DNA of 64,000 nucleotides from Cyanobacteria bacterium P01_D01_bin.156 (GTDB lineage Bacteria; Cyanobacteriota; Cyanobacteriia; Phormidesmidales; Phormidesmidaceae): contig JBCCQQ010000001.1 in the NCBI GenBank assembly GCA_039024555.1, forward strand, positions 160,001-224,000, read 5' to 3'. The notes under the pieces were generated by a model that saw nothing but the letters and a program-made list of their open reading frames with translations, was not told the origin of the DNA and ran no database searches. Position numbers and translations under genes: made by a program. Positions 20,186-30,829 of this stretch are shown in pieces; positions within the stretch are counted from its first letter, which is position 1, and every line of letters begins with the position of its first letter.

Positions 20186-22243
20186 ATGACCTATGAACCC
20201 CTTCATCATAAGTATCGTCCTCAAACTTTTTCTCAGTTAGTAGGGCAGACTGCGATCGCAACCACCCTTTCAAACGCTTTACAACAAAATCGTATTGCAC
20301 CTGCGTATTTATTTTGTGGCCCTCGTGGGACAGGTAAAACGTCCAGTGCTCGCATACTTGCTAAATCTATCAACTGCCTCAACGGTGAAGGACCTACCGC
20401 CACCCCGTGCGGTCAGTGCCAAGTATGTCAGGAAATCACCCTGGGGTCTGCCCTAGATATTGTTGAGATCGACGCTGCCAGCAATACAGGGGTTGACAAT
20501 ATTCGAGAGCTGATTGAACGGGCTCAATTTGCTCCAGTACAGTGTCGCTATAAGCTATATGTTCTTGATGAAGTACATATGCTGAGCACGGCGGCTTTTA
20601 ATGCCCTGCTCAAGACCCTTGAAGAACCCCCTCCACACGTTGTCTTCGTTCTAGCGACTACCGATCCTCAACGGGTATTGCCCACGATTATTTCTCGCTG
20701 CCAGCGATTTGATTTTCGTCGCATTCCTTTAGAGGCCATGGTGCAGCACCTGGATTACATTGCCAAGCAAGAAGCAATTGCTATATCAGCAGATGCACTA
20801 CAGCTAGTAGCTCAGCTTTCCCAGGGCGGATTGCGGGATGCGGAAAGTTTGCTGGACCAGCTAGGGCTATTGGATGGCGAGATCTCTATCGAAGCCGTAT
20901 GGGATCTGGTAGGAGCAGTTTCAGAACGGGATTTATTAGCCCTAGTACAGGCCATTGCCGCTGATGATGGCACCGAGGTTTTAGCGTTAGCACGTCAGTT
21001 AATGGATCGGGGTCGAGAGCCACTGATGGTGCTGCAAAGTCTAGTTGCCTTTTATCGCGATTTACTAATTGCTAAAAATGCTGCAGAACGACACGACCTG
21101 GTAGCCATTACACCTCCCGTCTGGTCAGAGATGGTGACCTTTGCCCAGCACTTACCGCTACCACTGTTGTTAGCCAGTCAACAGCACTTACGAACAGCTG
21201 AAGTGCAGGTAAAACATACAACTCAACCTCGCCTGTGGTTAGAAATCACCTTGATGGGATTACTGCCTTCAGCTCAGACTTCAGTCACGGATATTACTCG
21301 GCCTGTTGTAGCACCTTCTGTAACAGCTGTTGGTAAACTGTCCCAAACCACCACTACGACAGCAGAAACCACATCATTCGCTCAGCCATCCTCAACCAAG
21401 CCTCCTACGGTTAATGTGGTGCGGTCTCCGGCACCCAGTCAAACGGACTCTATTCCTAAGCTAGATCCTGAAGTAGTGGCCTCAAGCGATCCCATCCCTG
21501 GCCCCCCATCGAATACCACAGACGTTTATCCCGCAGATACAACACCTACTCCATCGACAAAAGCACAGCCAACAGCAATTGCCCCAGAACCTGCAGAGAC
21601 CAACCCTACTGCCGTAATAAACGCTCCAGCAATGGGGAGCCTCAATGATATTTGGGGTAAAATCGTCGCTCAATTAACCCCGATGGGTACACAGGTTTTA
21701 ATGCGACAGCATGGTCAGCTAATAGCCTGCGATGGTGTAGAGGCGCGGGTGGGTATCACCAATGATAAGCTGATGCGTATGGCTCAAGACCGTTTGAGCA
21801 ATGTAGAAACAGCATTTGAGAAAGTTTTTGGTCATAAGCTACGGGTAACCATGGTAGTAGCAGCCGAAAAACAGACCTCCCCAGCACCGCCTCCATCCTT
21901 AGGACCACCACCATCCGCGGCACCCGTTTCTTCACCAGGGCCTAATCTGCCCTCCAACACCACAGGCCAAACCGTACCGGCACCTGCAAATATCTCTGCA
22001 CCCAAGCCTCCCTCTATCGCCACACCTACGACTACTGCTCATCCCGCAGCACCTACTAAACCTGTAGCTGAAACAACATCATCACAGCCAACAGGCTGGA
22101 AAACAGAGAGTGATTTAGATCGCAGTGTAAAAAGCTTTGCTCAGTTTTTTAATGGTCAGATTGTCAATTTAGATGACGATGCAACTGAGCTTCAAAAATC
22201 TCAAGCCCCTTCCTCGGAACCTGGACCAGATGTGCCTTTTTAG
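20186..22243 (+). CDS. dnaX: DNA polymerase III subunit gamma/tau
   Basis: HKYRPQTF, GPRGTGKT, EIDAAS, DEVHML and SRC motifs, followed by Pro/Thr-rich linkers. Confidence 0.95.
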   Translation: MTYEPLHHKYRPQTFSQLVGQTAIATTLSNALQQNRIAPAYLFCGPRGTGKTSSARILAKSINCLNGEGPTATPCGQCQVCQEITLGSALDIVEIDAASNTGVDNIRELIERAQFAPVQCRYKLYVLDEVHMLSTAAFNALLKTLEEPPPHVVFVLATTDPQRVLPTIISRCQRFDFRRIPLEAMVQHLDYIAKQEAIAISADALQLVAQLSQGGLRDAESLLDQLGLLDGEISIEAVWDLVGAVSERDLLALVQAIAADDGTEVLALARQLMDRGREPLMVLQSLVAFYRDLLIAKNAAERHDLVAITPPVWSEMVTFAQHLPLPLLLASQQHLRTAEVQVKHTTQPRLWLEITLMGLLPSAQTSVTDITRPVVAPSVTAVGKLSQTTTTTAETTSFAQPSSTKPPTVNVVRSPAPSQTDSIPKLDPEVVASSDPIPGPPSNTTDVYPADTTPTPSTKAQPTAIAPEPAETNPTAVINAPAMGSLNDIWGKIVAQLTPMGTQVLMRQHGQLIACDGVEARVGITNDKLMRMAQDRLSNVETAFEKVFGHKLRVTMVVAAEKQTSPAPPPSLGPPPSAAPVSSPGPNLPSNTTGQTVPAPANISAPKPPSIATPTTTAHPAAPTKPVAETTSSQPTGWKTESDLDRSVKSFAQFFNGQIVNLDDDATELQKSQAPSSEPGPDVPF

Positions 22244-22344
22244 AGGTCACTCGGGTAGTTCTCACACGAGTGTCTCCGCTGGATGTATGGGGTCAGTCTC
22301 CCCGTTAAGTTGCAATAGTTGAAACTCAACGACCCTCGTCAAAG

Positions 22345-23190
22345 TTAGTAGTGAAACGGAATAGATACTAAGGGCATTAGACTAAATATCGTGCAGCAAA
22401 CCACAACAGACCACTGCAGGGTAAATCTAGATTCCGACGCTTCTGCTGGGATATCCAACAAAGCATCAATCCGTCGATTGAGGCGACTTGTTGGAGCTGT
22501 ACAGCTAAAGTTAACAGCCGTAACGGTCGATAAAGGAGAAGCAATCACCTGCACCAGTGATTCTGCCAAGGTGAGCCGTTCTACAGATTGAGTAGCCCAT
22601 CGATCGGCACGAATTTCCCGAAGTAGAAGTAATTCCTGCCAAAGACTATCGCCATAGGGCAACCAAAAATTAATACGTTGCAACCAACCTAGCCAGAAAA
22701 ACCAAAACGTATCACGGTAGTGTGCGTGGGCCTTTTCATGGGCAAGCACTGCTGCCAAATGATCTGGGTCTAAAGCGTCTATCAATCCTTGACTAATGAC
22801 CAGCTGCGATGACCACATCCCCATTTGGGCACTAAAGACAGCGTCATCATCCAATAGACGGCCTTGGCTACCTTGCACAGTAATCTGAGGAAATTGCTCA
22901 ATATATTGCATACTGCAGCGGGCATGCCATCCAAGCCGTGCGAGCAAGCCAAAAATAATCAGCAAATAGCTCCAAGACATGCAATAGCTTAGCCAACCTT
23001 CCACATGGGTAACGGCATGGCCATGGGGTCCCATAATCACAATCGCGAGAGTCGTTGTAATCAGTAGCAAAGGCGGCACTGCAAAAATTGCTAATGTGGC
23101 CAACCAGTTATTCATACAGCGTTGAGCCAAAATAAATCTTAGCAGTATTGCCAGCGCGATCGCACTTAACATTAAGCTCACATGCATCAT
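22345..23190 (-). CDS. petP: M56/BlaR1-family membrane metalloprotease, PetP-like
   Basis: HEKAH Zn motif, REIRAD, N-terminal TM helices; overlaps the BlaI-family gene by 4 nt. Confidence 0.75.
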   Translation of the reverse strand: MMHVSLMLSAIALAILLRFILAQRCMNNWLATLAIFAVPPLLLITTTLAIVIMGPHGHAVTHVEGWLSYCMSWSYLLIIFGLLARLGWHARCSMQYIEQFPQITVQGSQGRLLDDDAVFSAQMGMWSSQLVISQGLIDALDPDHLAAVLAHEKAHAHYRDTFWFFWLGWLQRINFWLPYGDSLWQELLLLREIRADRWATQSVERLTLAESLVQVIASPLSTVTAVNFSCTAPTSRLNRRIDALLDIPAEASESRFTLQWSVVVCCTIFSLMPLVSIPFHY

Positions 23191-23618
23191 GGCTGCTCCT
23201 CCTGCTCAGTTTGAGCACGGCGAGCCGCCTGAATACGCTGGGTAATGGCCTCTAGCTGCTCTAAACTATCTTGGTCGATAGTATCTGCAAAGGCAGCAAC
23301 AATATCAGGATTACTAGCCGCCAAAAACTGCTGCAAACTTTCATGAGACCGCAAGACCTTAGCATTGTTCTCAGAAAGTAACGGTTCCCAGTGGTAGGCT
23401 CGACCGACACGACGTTTAGCAATCCAACCTTTTTGCTCCAGACGTCTTAAAACAGTGGCCACAGAAGAATAGGTTAAATCTCGATCAATATCCGCCAAAA
23501 TCTGATCGTGAATTGCCGTGCCAGACGACGTGCCCAACTGCCATAGAATCTCTAAAATTTCAGCCTCTAAGGGCCCTAATGAAAGACGGCTAGGGCGATG
23601 TGCCGGAAATGGCGACAT
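23187..23618 (-). CDS. petR: BlaI/MecI/CopY-family repressor, PetR-like (copper switch of petE/petJ)
   Basis: LSLGPLEAEILEILW...YSSVATVLRRLEQKGW winged HTH; paired with the M56 protease as in cyanobacterial PetRP. Confidence 0.78.
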   Translation of the reverse strand: MSPFPAHRPSRLSLGPLEAEILEILWQLGTSSGTAIHDQILADIDRDLTYSSVATVLRRLEQKGWIAKRRVGRAYHWEPLLSENNAKVLRSHESLQQFLAASNPDIVAAFADTIDQDSLEQLEAITQRIQAARRAQTEQEEQP

Positions 23619-23715
23619 TGGTCAGTACCTCAGCAAACAGCCTGATATCCATTACATAGTACTATCTCAAGCTTAGTGAAATGCAGATTAGGTAGCGTAA
23701 ACGAAGATTAAAACT

Positions 23716-23730
23716 GTGACAGGCTGTCAC
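23716..23730. promoter_or_regulatory. 7-1-7 palindrome upstream of petR (candidate operator)
   Basis: GTGACAG-G-CTGTCAC, about 100 bp upstream of the petR start. Confidence 0.35.
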
Positions 23731-23841
23731 TTGAGTTATGACCGTGAAATGAACAAAATTGAATTACTTTAATGCATATTTTGCAGATCAAGGTTGAGTG
23801 AAGAGGTGGCAACTGCCATCTCTTTTTTATTTTCTCCTGCC

Positions 23842-24651
23842 TCAAAAAGTACGTCTTAAGAATCGAATTTGGCTAAAGTCAGTAACGAAAGCACTAGGTA
23901 TCTGGAGTGCCCCCAGAACCTGCTTTGATGCGATTTGCTCGGGAGACAAAAGAGGAGACCAGCCTCCTAAATAACCAATAAACCCACCCGTCAGAGTAGC
24001 AACGTGTAAATCAGTTGCCGCATCCCCAATCATCAGCGCTTGATGGGGGGTGACATCGATAGCTTGGCAAACAGCTTGCAAAAAATCAGGCGTCACTTTA
24101 CTAGGGTACTGACGGCTAACCCCTTGTAGATGGCCAAAGTAATTCTGTAGCTGATAATGTTCCACAAAATCTACTAAATGGACCTGAGCATCAGCAGATA
24201 CCATGCTTACTTTCAGCCCTGCTTGACGTAAGCGCCTCAGAAAGTCAATAACTCCCGACAATAAAGGCGTATAGGATGCCTTAGGTAAATGCTGTCGAGC
24301 GGCGGCGGCTAACGTTGTCGCAACTAGGTCAATAATCCGCTCATTCTCAGTCAGTTGTTCCTGTAGAACCTTAGCAACGCCATTGATAGTCTCTTGGCGA
24401 CTACCCACAGCCATTAAGCCCGCCGGGTCTAATCCACCAGAGGAAATACCGAGAGCTTGGAGAACCCAAGGATAGGTACCTGGGATTAGAGCTTCCATCA
24501 GTTGGGCTTGGCATTTACCCAAAGAAAGTAAGTACCGGCTGACATCAGCTAACGTGCCATCTTTATCTAGAAAAACAGCTTGAATGTCTTGAAAAATCAC
24601 ATCTTTGCAAGCAACTATAACCACAATGGAACGTACTGACAGCAACAACAA
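23842..24651 (-). CDS. HAD-family hydrolase
   Basis: FLDKDGTL motif I and MIGDAATD motif IV. The start may be slightly downstream of 24651. Confidence 0.85.
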   Translation of the reverse strand: MLLLSVRSIVVIVACKDVIFQDIQAVFLDKDGTLADVSRYLLSLGKCQAQLMEALIPGTYPWVLQALGISSGGLDPAGLMAVGSRQETINGVAKVLQEQLTENERIIDLVATTLAAAARQHLPKASYTPLLSGVIDFLRRLRQAGLKVSMVSADAQVHLVDFVEHYQLQNYFGHLQGVSRQYPSKVTPDFLQAVCQAIDVTPHQALMIGDAATDLHVATLTGGFIGYLGGWSPLLSPEQIASKQVLGALQIPSAFVTDFSQIRFLRRTF

Positions 24652-24781
24652 ACAAAAAGTTTAGCCGTTACTGATTACGCAGATGGAGCAATGTGTCATT
24701 GTCTCAATGCAAAAACTTTCAGTCCTCACCCCCACCAAAGCCAAGCAAGATAGAAGTTTCATTTAATTCATGCCAAGCAAT

Positions 24782-24814
24782 AAAAAAATGTGAGGCTTCA
24801 AGAAGCCTCACATT
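24782..24814 (-). terminator. Terminator of rps1
   Basis: AATGTGAGGCTTC-aa-GAAGCCTCACATT hairpin with a T-tail on the minus strand. Confidence 0.75.
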
Positions 24815-24863
24815 CGAAAAATTAAACCGATAGGTGTTGAATTATGCCAAACCGGCAAACACC

Positions 24864-25868
24864 CTACTCAGCATATGCAGCTACGGCAGTTTCACCTTCT
24901 TCTTCTACATAGGGTTCTTCGCTAACGGTCTCACCGTCTGCAGCCGCAGCCGCAGCGGCCTCAGCTTCTGCAGCTTTAAGCAATTGCTGACGATAGCGCT
25001 CAGCCATTTCTTCAGCTTTCTCAAACACAATGTCAGGATTCTTGACCATATCACCAGGTTCTGGCTCAAGCTGCTTCGTGGAAAGAGAAATACGCCCCCG
25101 TTCAGCATCAAGATCAATAATCATGACCTTGATTTCATCGTTAACATTCAGAACAGTGTTGGGGGTATCAATATGGTCGTGAGAGATTTCAGAAATGTGT
25201 AGCAGACCACTCACACCACCAATATCAATAAAGGCACCGTAAGGCTTGAGTCCACGCACAGCCCCAATCACAACTTCGCCAACCTGTAGGCCATTCATCT
25301 TGCGCTCAACCAGAGCACGACGATGACTGAGTACTAGACGATTACGCTCTTCATCAACCTCAAGAAACTTAAGAGGTAAGGCTTCACCCACTAAGTCTTC
25401 CTTAGGTTTACGCGTACTGATATGTGAGCCAGGAATAAAACCGCGCAAGCCTTCAATTCTGACAAGAGCACCACCACGATTAGTCGCAAACACATCAGAG
25501 CGAACAGTTGCATCCTCGTTTTGGAGCTGACGGACTCGCTCCCAAGCACGCATGTACTCAATTCGACGAATGGAAAGAGTTAACTGGCCATCTTCATTTT
25601 CATCTGTCAGGATGAAAAATTCACGAGTCTCATTAGACTGAAGCACTTCATCAGAGGCTTCGACACGATTGATGGACATCTCTTGAATGGGCAAATAGGC
25701 AGCAGTTTTTGCACCAATGTCGATCAAAGCGCCTCGAGGCTCAATGCTAAAAACAGTTCCTGGAACAATGTCTCCAGGACTGAAATGATAATCGTACTGA
25801 TCTAATAAAGCTTCAAAATCTTCATGAGTAAAACCAATATCGGCTTCTTTCGTTTCAAAGTTGACCAT
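24864..25868 (-). CDS. rps1: 30S ribosomal protein S1 (cyanobacterial three-domain type)
   Basis: GALIDIGAK, GLRGFIPGSH and GLLHISEISH S1 domains. Confidence 0.95.
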   Translation of the reverse strand: MVNFETKEADIGFTHEDFEALLDQYDYHFSPGDIVPGTVFSIEPRGALIDIGAKTAAYLPIQEMSINRVEASDEVLQSNETREFFILTDENEDGQLTLSIRRIEYMRAWERVRQLQNEDATVRSDVFATNRGGALVRIEGLRGFIPGSHISTRKPKEDLVGEALPLKFLEVDEERNRLVLSHRRALVERKMNGLQVGEVVIGAVRGLKPYGAFIDIGGVSGLLHISEISHDHIDTPNTVLNVNDEIKVMIIDLDAERGRISLSTKQLEPEPGDMVKNPDIVFEKAEEMAERYRQQLLKAAEAEAAAAAAADGETVSEEPYVEEEGETAVAAYAE

Positions 25869-26276
25869 GCTAGATGTTTCCTACGGTTTCTCCATAATCA
25901 GGTGGACATGTTGTGCGTCTGTGTGCCGCCTCTACATTGATCCAGATTTTATCTCAGATGAGGTGGGAGCACGATTTCTTTGATGCTTTCCCCGACCCCT
26001 TAATTAACTCTGAGCCGCCGAAACCTTGGAAACATGCAGTGCGCACTTCCACAGGGTGACGTGAACCTGAACTAGGCCCAAAACTTAGAGCCTTGCAAGG
26101 CGAGCAATACTAATCTGAAGAGTAGCTTCTCAAAGAAGCGCATACTAAAAATTAGTAAAATATACAAACCTTCGCAAGACTATTAATCATAAGTGAATTT
26201 AGCCCGACTGTCACTGACTGTTACGGGTTATTGATCAATGTGATGGTCAGAACCATGTGCTCAAGCAGCATACAGA

Positions 26277-26801
26277 CTAAACAGTTAATGGGGAGCCAGG
26301 TTGTCGAACACTATTGCCATAGGAGGGCAACGGACTAGAAGATACATCTGTCTGCAGATGGTTGAGAGTATCTGCAAAATCTCGAATTCCTGTGAACTGA
26401 CGATACACTGACGCAAATCGAACATAGGCCACTTCATTTAATGGTCTCAGTTCCTTTAAAGCCAATTCGCCGATATCAGCACTGCTAATCTCTCGGGTAG
26501 AACGCTGCTGCAGAACCATTTCAATATTATCCACAATGGCATCTAAAGAGCTAGCATCAAGTCCCGTTTTTTCACAAGCCCGCGCGATTCCTCTTAATAG
26601 CTTTGAACGATTAAAGAGTTCCCGGTTACCACTTCGCTTAATAACCGTCACGGGAACGTATTCAATACGCTCATAAGTGGTGAATCGCCCTTCACATTTC
26701 AAGCATTCACGACGACGACGAATACTACGACCAGCTTCTGCCGATCTGGATTCGAGCACACGGTTACTTGCATGTTGGCAGAAGGGACATTGCATAGACA
26801 A
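26277..26801 (-). CDS. nrdR: Transcriptional repressor NrdR
   Basis: CPFC...RRRRECLKC...RFTTYE, ATP cone and [10 protein letters not shown] motifs. Confidence 0.95.
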   Translation of the reverse strand: MSMQCPFCQHASNRVLESRSAEAGRSIRRRRECLKCEGRFTTYERIEYVPVTVIKRSGNRELFNRSKLLRGIARACEKTGLDASSLDAIVDNIEMVLQQRSTREISSADIGELALKELRPLNEVAYVRFASVYRQFTGIRDFADTLNHLQTDVSSSPLPSYGNSVRQPGSPLTV

Positions 26802-26850
26802 CTAAACCCAAGTGAGTAGGCGGCTCACGCTCATTAGAGCACGCATACAA

Positions 26851-26900
26851 CAAAAATAGAGGTTAACTTCGATAAATGCAAAGAAGTTAATACCTCTATT
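26851..26900 (-). terminator. Terminator downstream of psbB-psbT
   Basis: AATAGAGGTTAACTTC...GAAGTTAATACCTCTATT stem with a T-run on the minus strand. Confidence 0.55.
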
Positions 26901-26999
26901 ATGTCATTTGTGCCACTAACAGCACCAAATTAATTATATTTTGCGTCTAACCAGCAGCTACTGTTTGAGCCAACCCCTAACCGCAGTGGTGTTTAACCA

Positions 27000-27098
27000 C
27001 TAGTCTTTGTTAATCCGGGGAGGCTCACGAAATGCGATCGCAAAAAAGAGGGTGCCAATAACGCAGGCAAAAATCAGAATGTAAGCAACACTTTCCAT
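27000..27098 (-). CDS. psbT: Photosystem II protein T
   Basis: Not in the ORF track. Translates as MESVAYILIFACVIGTLFFAIAFREPPRINKD; lies directly downstream of psbB. Confidence 0.95.
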   Translation of the reverse strand: MESVAYILIFACVIGTLFFAIAFREPPRINKD

Positions 27099-27237
27099 GA
27101 TTCAATCCTAATCAGGTCAGGTAATCTCTAGAGCCCTTTCCAAAAACAAAGGCTACCATTAACACCATTATTTCAAAAAAACGGCCCAGTGGGAGATCTT
27201 CTCACTGAGCCATTCATTCAACTTAAAAGCTTACGCT

Positions 27238-28764
27238 TTAGTTGCTAGTACGCGTGGATGTATCACCCACCTTCTGGAAAAAGCCCCACTCAACCTGTTC
27301 AGGAGATAGGTCAGGATCCACACCAGCGAAAACGTCGCGATACAGTGTTCGAGAGCCATGCCAGATATGCCCAAAGAAGAACAACAGTGCAAACACTGCA
27401 TGTCCAAAGGTAAACCAGCCACGAGGACTAGAACGAAAAACACCGTCAGAATCTAGAGTCTCTAGATCAAACTCAAAGGGCTCACCAAGTAGCGCCTTGC
27501 GAGCGTAGCGCTTAACACTTGCAGGATCCTTAATAGTTTGACCATCCAGCTCACCACCATAGAAGGTAGCAGTTACACCAGTCTGCTCAATACTGAACTG
27601 AGACTCAGCACGTCGGAAAGGAATATCGGCACGAACCACACCACTGGAATCAGTCAAGACCACAGGGAACGTTTCAAAGAAGTTGGGCAGACGACGAACC
27701 GACAGCTCGCGACCTTCAGAGTCTGTAAACACAGGGTGGCCAAGCCAGCTAGTAGCAATGCCATCACCAGTATCCATAGGACCTACTCGGAACAAGCCAC
27801 CCTTAGCAGGACTGTTGCCCACGTAGTCATAGAAAGCAAGCTTCTCAGGAATATTTTCGTAAGCCTCTTTGCGACTCAAGCCGTCAGCCATGTCAGCCTG
27901 TACCCGACGCTCGATCTCTTGCTGATAGTAGCCACCGTCCCACTGATAACGAGTTGGTCCAAACAGCTCAACAGGAGTCGTTGCGTTTCCGTACCACATG
28001 GTACCAGCCACAATAAACGCCGCAAAGAATACAGCAGCGATACTGCTGGAAAGAACTGTTTCGATATTACCCATACGCAATGCCTTGTAAAGACGCTGCG
28101 GTGGACGCACTGTTAGATGGAAAAGACCAGCAACAATACCGACAATACCAGCAGCAATATGGTGTGCAACAATACCACCAGCATTGTATGGGTTAAATCC
28201 TGAAGGCCCCCACTCAGGTGCAACCGGCTGAACATGGCCAGTTAGACCATAAGGGTCAGAAACCCACATACCAGGCCCCCAGACGCCTGTCAGGTGAAAT
28301 GCCCCAAATCCGAAACAAAGTAAACCAGATAAGAACAGGTGAATGCCAAACATCTTAGGCAAGTCCAAAGCAGGCTCACCAGTTCGAGGATCACGGAACA
28401 GATCCAAATCCCAGAAAACCCAGTGCCAAACAGCTGCTAAAAACAACAAGCCAGACAGCACGATGTGTGCAAGGGCAACCCCTTCAAATGACCAGAAACC
28501 AGGATCGACACCTGTCTCTCCAGTCACACTCCAGCCGCCCCAGGACCCGGTCACACCGAGGCGAGCCATAAAGGGTAAAACAAACATGCCCTGACGCCAC
28601 ATGGGGTTCAGAGCAGGATCGCTTGGATCAAAAGTTGCTAGCTCAAACAGGGCCATAGAGCCAGCCCAACCTGCCACAAGGGCAGTATGCATCAGGTGTA
28701 CAGAAATCAGTCGTCCGGGATCGTTAACCACGACTGTATGTACCCGGTACCAGGGTAGTCCCAT
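27238..28764 (-). CDS. psbB: Photosystem II CP47
   Basis: [12 protein letters not shown]... CP47 sequence, 508 aa. Confidence 0.98.
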   Translation of the reverse strand: MGLPWYRVHTVVVNDPGRLISVHLMHTALVAGWAGSMALFELATFDPSDPALNPMWRQGMFVLPFMARLGVTGSWGGWSVTGETGVDPGFWSFEGVALAHIVLSGLLFLAAVWHWVFWDLDLFRDPRTGEPALDLPKMFGIHLFLSGLLCFGFGAFHLTGVWGPGMWVSDPYGLTGHVQPVAPEWGPSGFNPYNAGGIVAHHIAAGIVGIVAGLFHLTVRPPQRLYKALRMGNIETVLSSSIAAVFFAAFIVAGTMWYGNATTPVELFGPTRYQWDGGYYQQEIERRVQADMADGLSRKEAYENIPEKLAFYDYVGNSPAKGGLFRVGPMDTGDGIATSWLGHPVFTDSEGRELSVRRLPNFFETFPVVLTDSSGVVRADIPFRRAESQFSIEQTGVTATFYGGELDGQTIKDPASVKRYARKALLGEPFEFDLETLDSDGVFRSSPRGWFTFGHAVFALLFFFGHIWHGSRTLYRDVFAGVDPDLSPEQVEWGFFQKVGDTSTRTSN

Positions 28765-28973
28765 TGACTACACGCCTCCTCCTAGTTTGGAAAATTTAGC
28801 CGTACATTAAAATACCAATAGTGAATAGGCTACCAGATCTCCAGAGCGCATCCACGTATGGGATTGTCAAAAATCCCCCGTAGACAACTTATTCTGAAAT
28901 ATATGGCAACTGATCACGGTAATGAATCCAGACGATTCCCGACGGACTAACCACTAAAAATCAAAGATTAAAG

Positions 28974-28991
28974 TGTATAAAGAAGTGTAAC
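28974..28991 (-). promoter_or_regulatory. HLR1-like (RpaB) direct repeat in the psbB/ferredoxin divergent promoter
   Basis: Minus strand GTTACACT-TC-TTTATACA resembles the (G/T)TTACA(T/A)(T/A)-N2 repeat. Confidence 0.55.
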
Positions 28992-29084
28992 TAGACTTCA
29001 TAATCCAATGCAAGTTGGATTCTATGTAAATCCAGCCGTTCACGGCATACCCAACTTTACAGCGATTGCTTTTGGAGCTATTCG

Positions 29085-29393
29085 ATGCCCATTATTAAGT
29101 TTGTTAAAGAAGATCTTGAGATCACAGCGGCAGATGGTGCAAACCTGCGGCAGAAAGCGATCGACAACAATGTAGACATCTATACCTTCACGGGTAAGAT
29201 GATGAACTGCGGTGGTTATGGTCAATGTGCTCTATGTGTGGTTGAGATAGAAGAGGGATTAGATAACCTCTCCCCACGCACCGCAGTTGAGGAGAAACGG
29301 CTAAAAAAACGACCTGCCAATTGCCGCTTAGCCTGCCAAACATTAGTAAATGGACCTATTAGGGTAGTAACAAAACCCAAGAAGAAACGATAG
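29085..29393 (+). CDS. 2Fe-2S ferredoxin-like protein
   Basis: [11 protein letters not shown]...RLACQ cysteine pattern. Confidence 0.9.
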   Translation: MPIIKFVKEDLEITAADGANLRQKAIDNNVDIYTFTGKMMNCGGYGQCALCVVEIEEGLDNLSPRTAVEEKRLKKRPANCRLACQTLVNGPIRVVTKPKKKR

Positions 29394-29537
29394 TAAAGAG
29401 CATTGTTTCCTCAATGATAGGTCGTTGTAATGTATTCTCCTTTACATCAGATCTACGTTAAGCGGTTCATTGATTTAGGTCAGAGTGATATGCTTAGCCT
29501 TGTGGCTTGTTGTTGAGAGAAGTAGTAGTTAAGGTCT

Positions 29538-29633
29538 ATGGAAGTTAATAACCTGGGGTTTGTAGCCAGCATTCTTTTTGTATTTGTTCCAACCGTCTTC
29601 CTGCTTATTCTTTACATTCAAACGAAAGAATAG
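29538..29633 (+). CDS. psbM: Photosystem II protein M
   Basis: Not in the ORF track. Translates as [31 protein letters not shown]. Confidence 0.95.
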   Translation: MEVNNLGFVASILFVFVPTVFLLILYIQTKE

Positions 29634-29744
29634 TGTTTATTGATGTCTCAATGCTCTGAGTTTTTCGGCTTGGTAACTGTCTTGTCTTAAAACTCAATTA
29701 GGTATTGGCCGCTGGGGTTAGGTTAGTTAGCTTGATATACGTTT

Positions 29745-29802
29745 TACAAAAAGGGTACGAATTACTAAGCTCAAAAGTTTAGCAATTTGTACCTTTTTTG
29801 TA
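29745..29802. terminator. Bidirectional terminator-like hairpin between psbM and the TauE gene
   Basis: TACAAAAAGGGTACGAATT...AATTTGTACCTTTTTTGTA. Confidence 0.6.
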
Positions 29803-29974
29803 TTGTCATCGACGTTTCGATATGAGCGCTACATACAGTTACACATACACCTCTCCGAGTTCTTGGGCGCCACCATGGGAGTGAACTCAACTCAAAAAAT
29901 AACAAATAGTGAGTGGCTCAGAATCACAACACCCAAAGTTTAGAATCTCTAAACACGAGAGCTAAGAGCAAAAA

Positions 29975-30766
29975 CTACGTGCTCATATTTACATAAGCGT
30001 GCCAGGCTTGCCAGAAAACATAAGTAGACAAAACACATAACAGGGCACGGAATAAAATACTCACTACCGTATCAGGCAGTTTTGGTAAAAAGCGAGTACT
30101 GAATTGAACACCGATTAGGCCACCCATGCCAAGACTCAGTCCGGCCCCGTATACGATATCTCCATTTAAACCGTTGTGAATACAAGCCACGAGGGAAGTC
30201 AGAACAATGACTCCTAGACTGGTGCGTACTGCACTCTTTAAACCAGAGTTCAATAGCAGAACTTGTAAAGGCACCATAATCACACCGCCACCCACACCAA
30301 ATAGGCCCGCCATAAAACCTGAAGCTCCGCCAGTAATCACTCTTGCCGGGATAGGGGAAATAATAGATTTCTGAACGGTATGCGGAGACACCGTACTAGC
30401 CATACTCTTTTTCAGAGTGACTAAGTAGATATTGCAAAGCAATAAAACACCAAATAAGGCTCTACGCCAATGCTCTGGCAACATACGACCAGCCTCTGTA
30501 CCAGCCACAACCAGAAGAATTGCGGGTAATGCAAGCCATAGCACATGCTTGGGCTGAAGATAGCCCATACGCCAGTTTTGTACGCTACCCGTGGTAGCCG
30601 TCACCAAAATCGCTAACAGACTAGTAGCAGCTGCTTGCCTAACATTGAGACCAAACAGTAACAGTAGAGGCACCATCAACACACCTCCCCCGATACCCAA
30701 AAGCCCGGCTAGTAGTCCAGCAACCAAGCCACCCATAGCCAATAAAGCTACATCGATTGGAGGCAT
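29975..30766 (-). CDS. TauE/SafE (TSUP) family transporter
   Basis: Duplicated GLLGIGGG / GLFGVGGG motifs in two hydrophobic halves. Confidence 0.88.
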   Translation of the reverse strand: MPPIDVALLAMGGLVAGLLAGLLGIGGGVLMVPLLLLFGLNVRQAAATSLLAILVTATTGSVQNWRMGYLQPKHVLWLALPAILLVVAGTEAGRMLPEHWRRALFGVLLLCNIYLVTLKKSMASTVSPHTVQKSIISPIPARVITGGASGFMAGLFGVGGGVIMVPLQVLLLNSGLKSAVRTSLGVIVLTSLVACIHNGLNGDIVYGAGLSLGMGGLIGVQFSTRFLPKLPDTVVSILFRALLCVLSTYVFWQAWHAYVNMST

Positions 30767-30829
30767 AAAATCCTCGTCTAAAGCACTAATAGCTTATTAT
30801 GCCTCTAGATCTTGCAGGGGGTGTCCGAA

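Noticed and set aside
20186..22243. Intein or programmed frameshift in dnaX
   Set aside because: The DEVHML region is uninterrupted, the extra length is Pro/Thr linker, and I saw no A6G slippery site or long homopolymer run.
23715..23731. CRP (SyCRP1) site
   Set aside because: TGTGA and TCACT are 7 nt apart rather than the required 6.
27242..28810. Plus-strand ORFs antisense to psbB (e.g. 27538-28116), and similar shadow ORFs over other genes
   Set aside because: They lie opposite well-supported genes and show no recognisable motifs.
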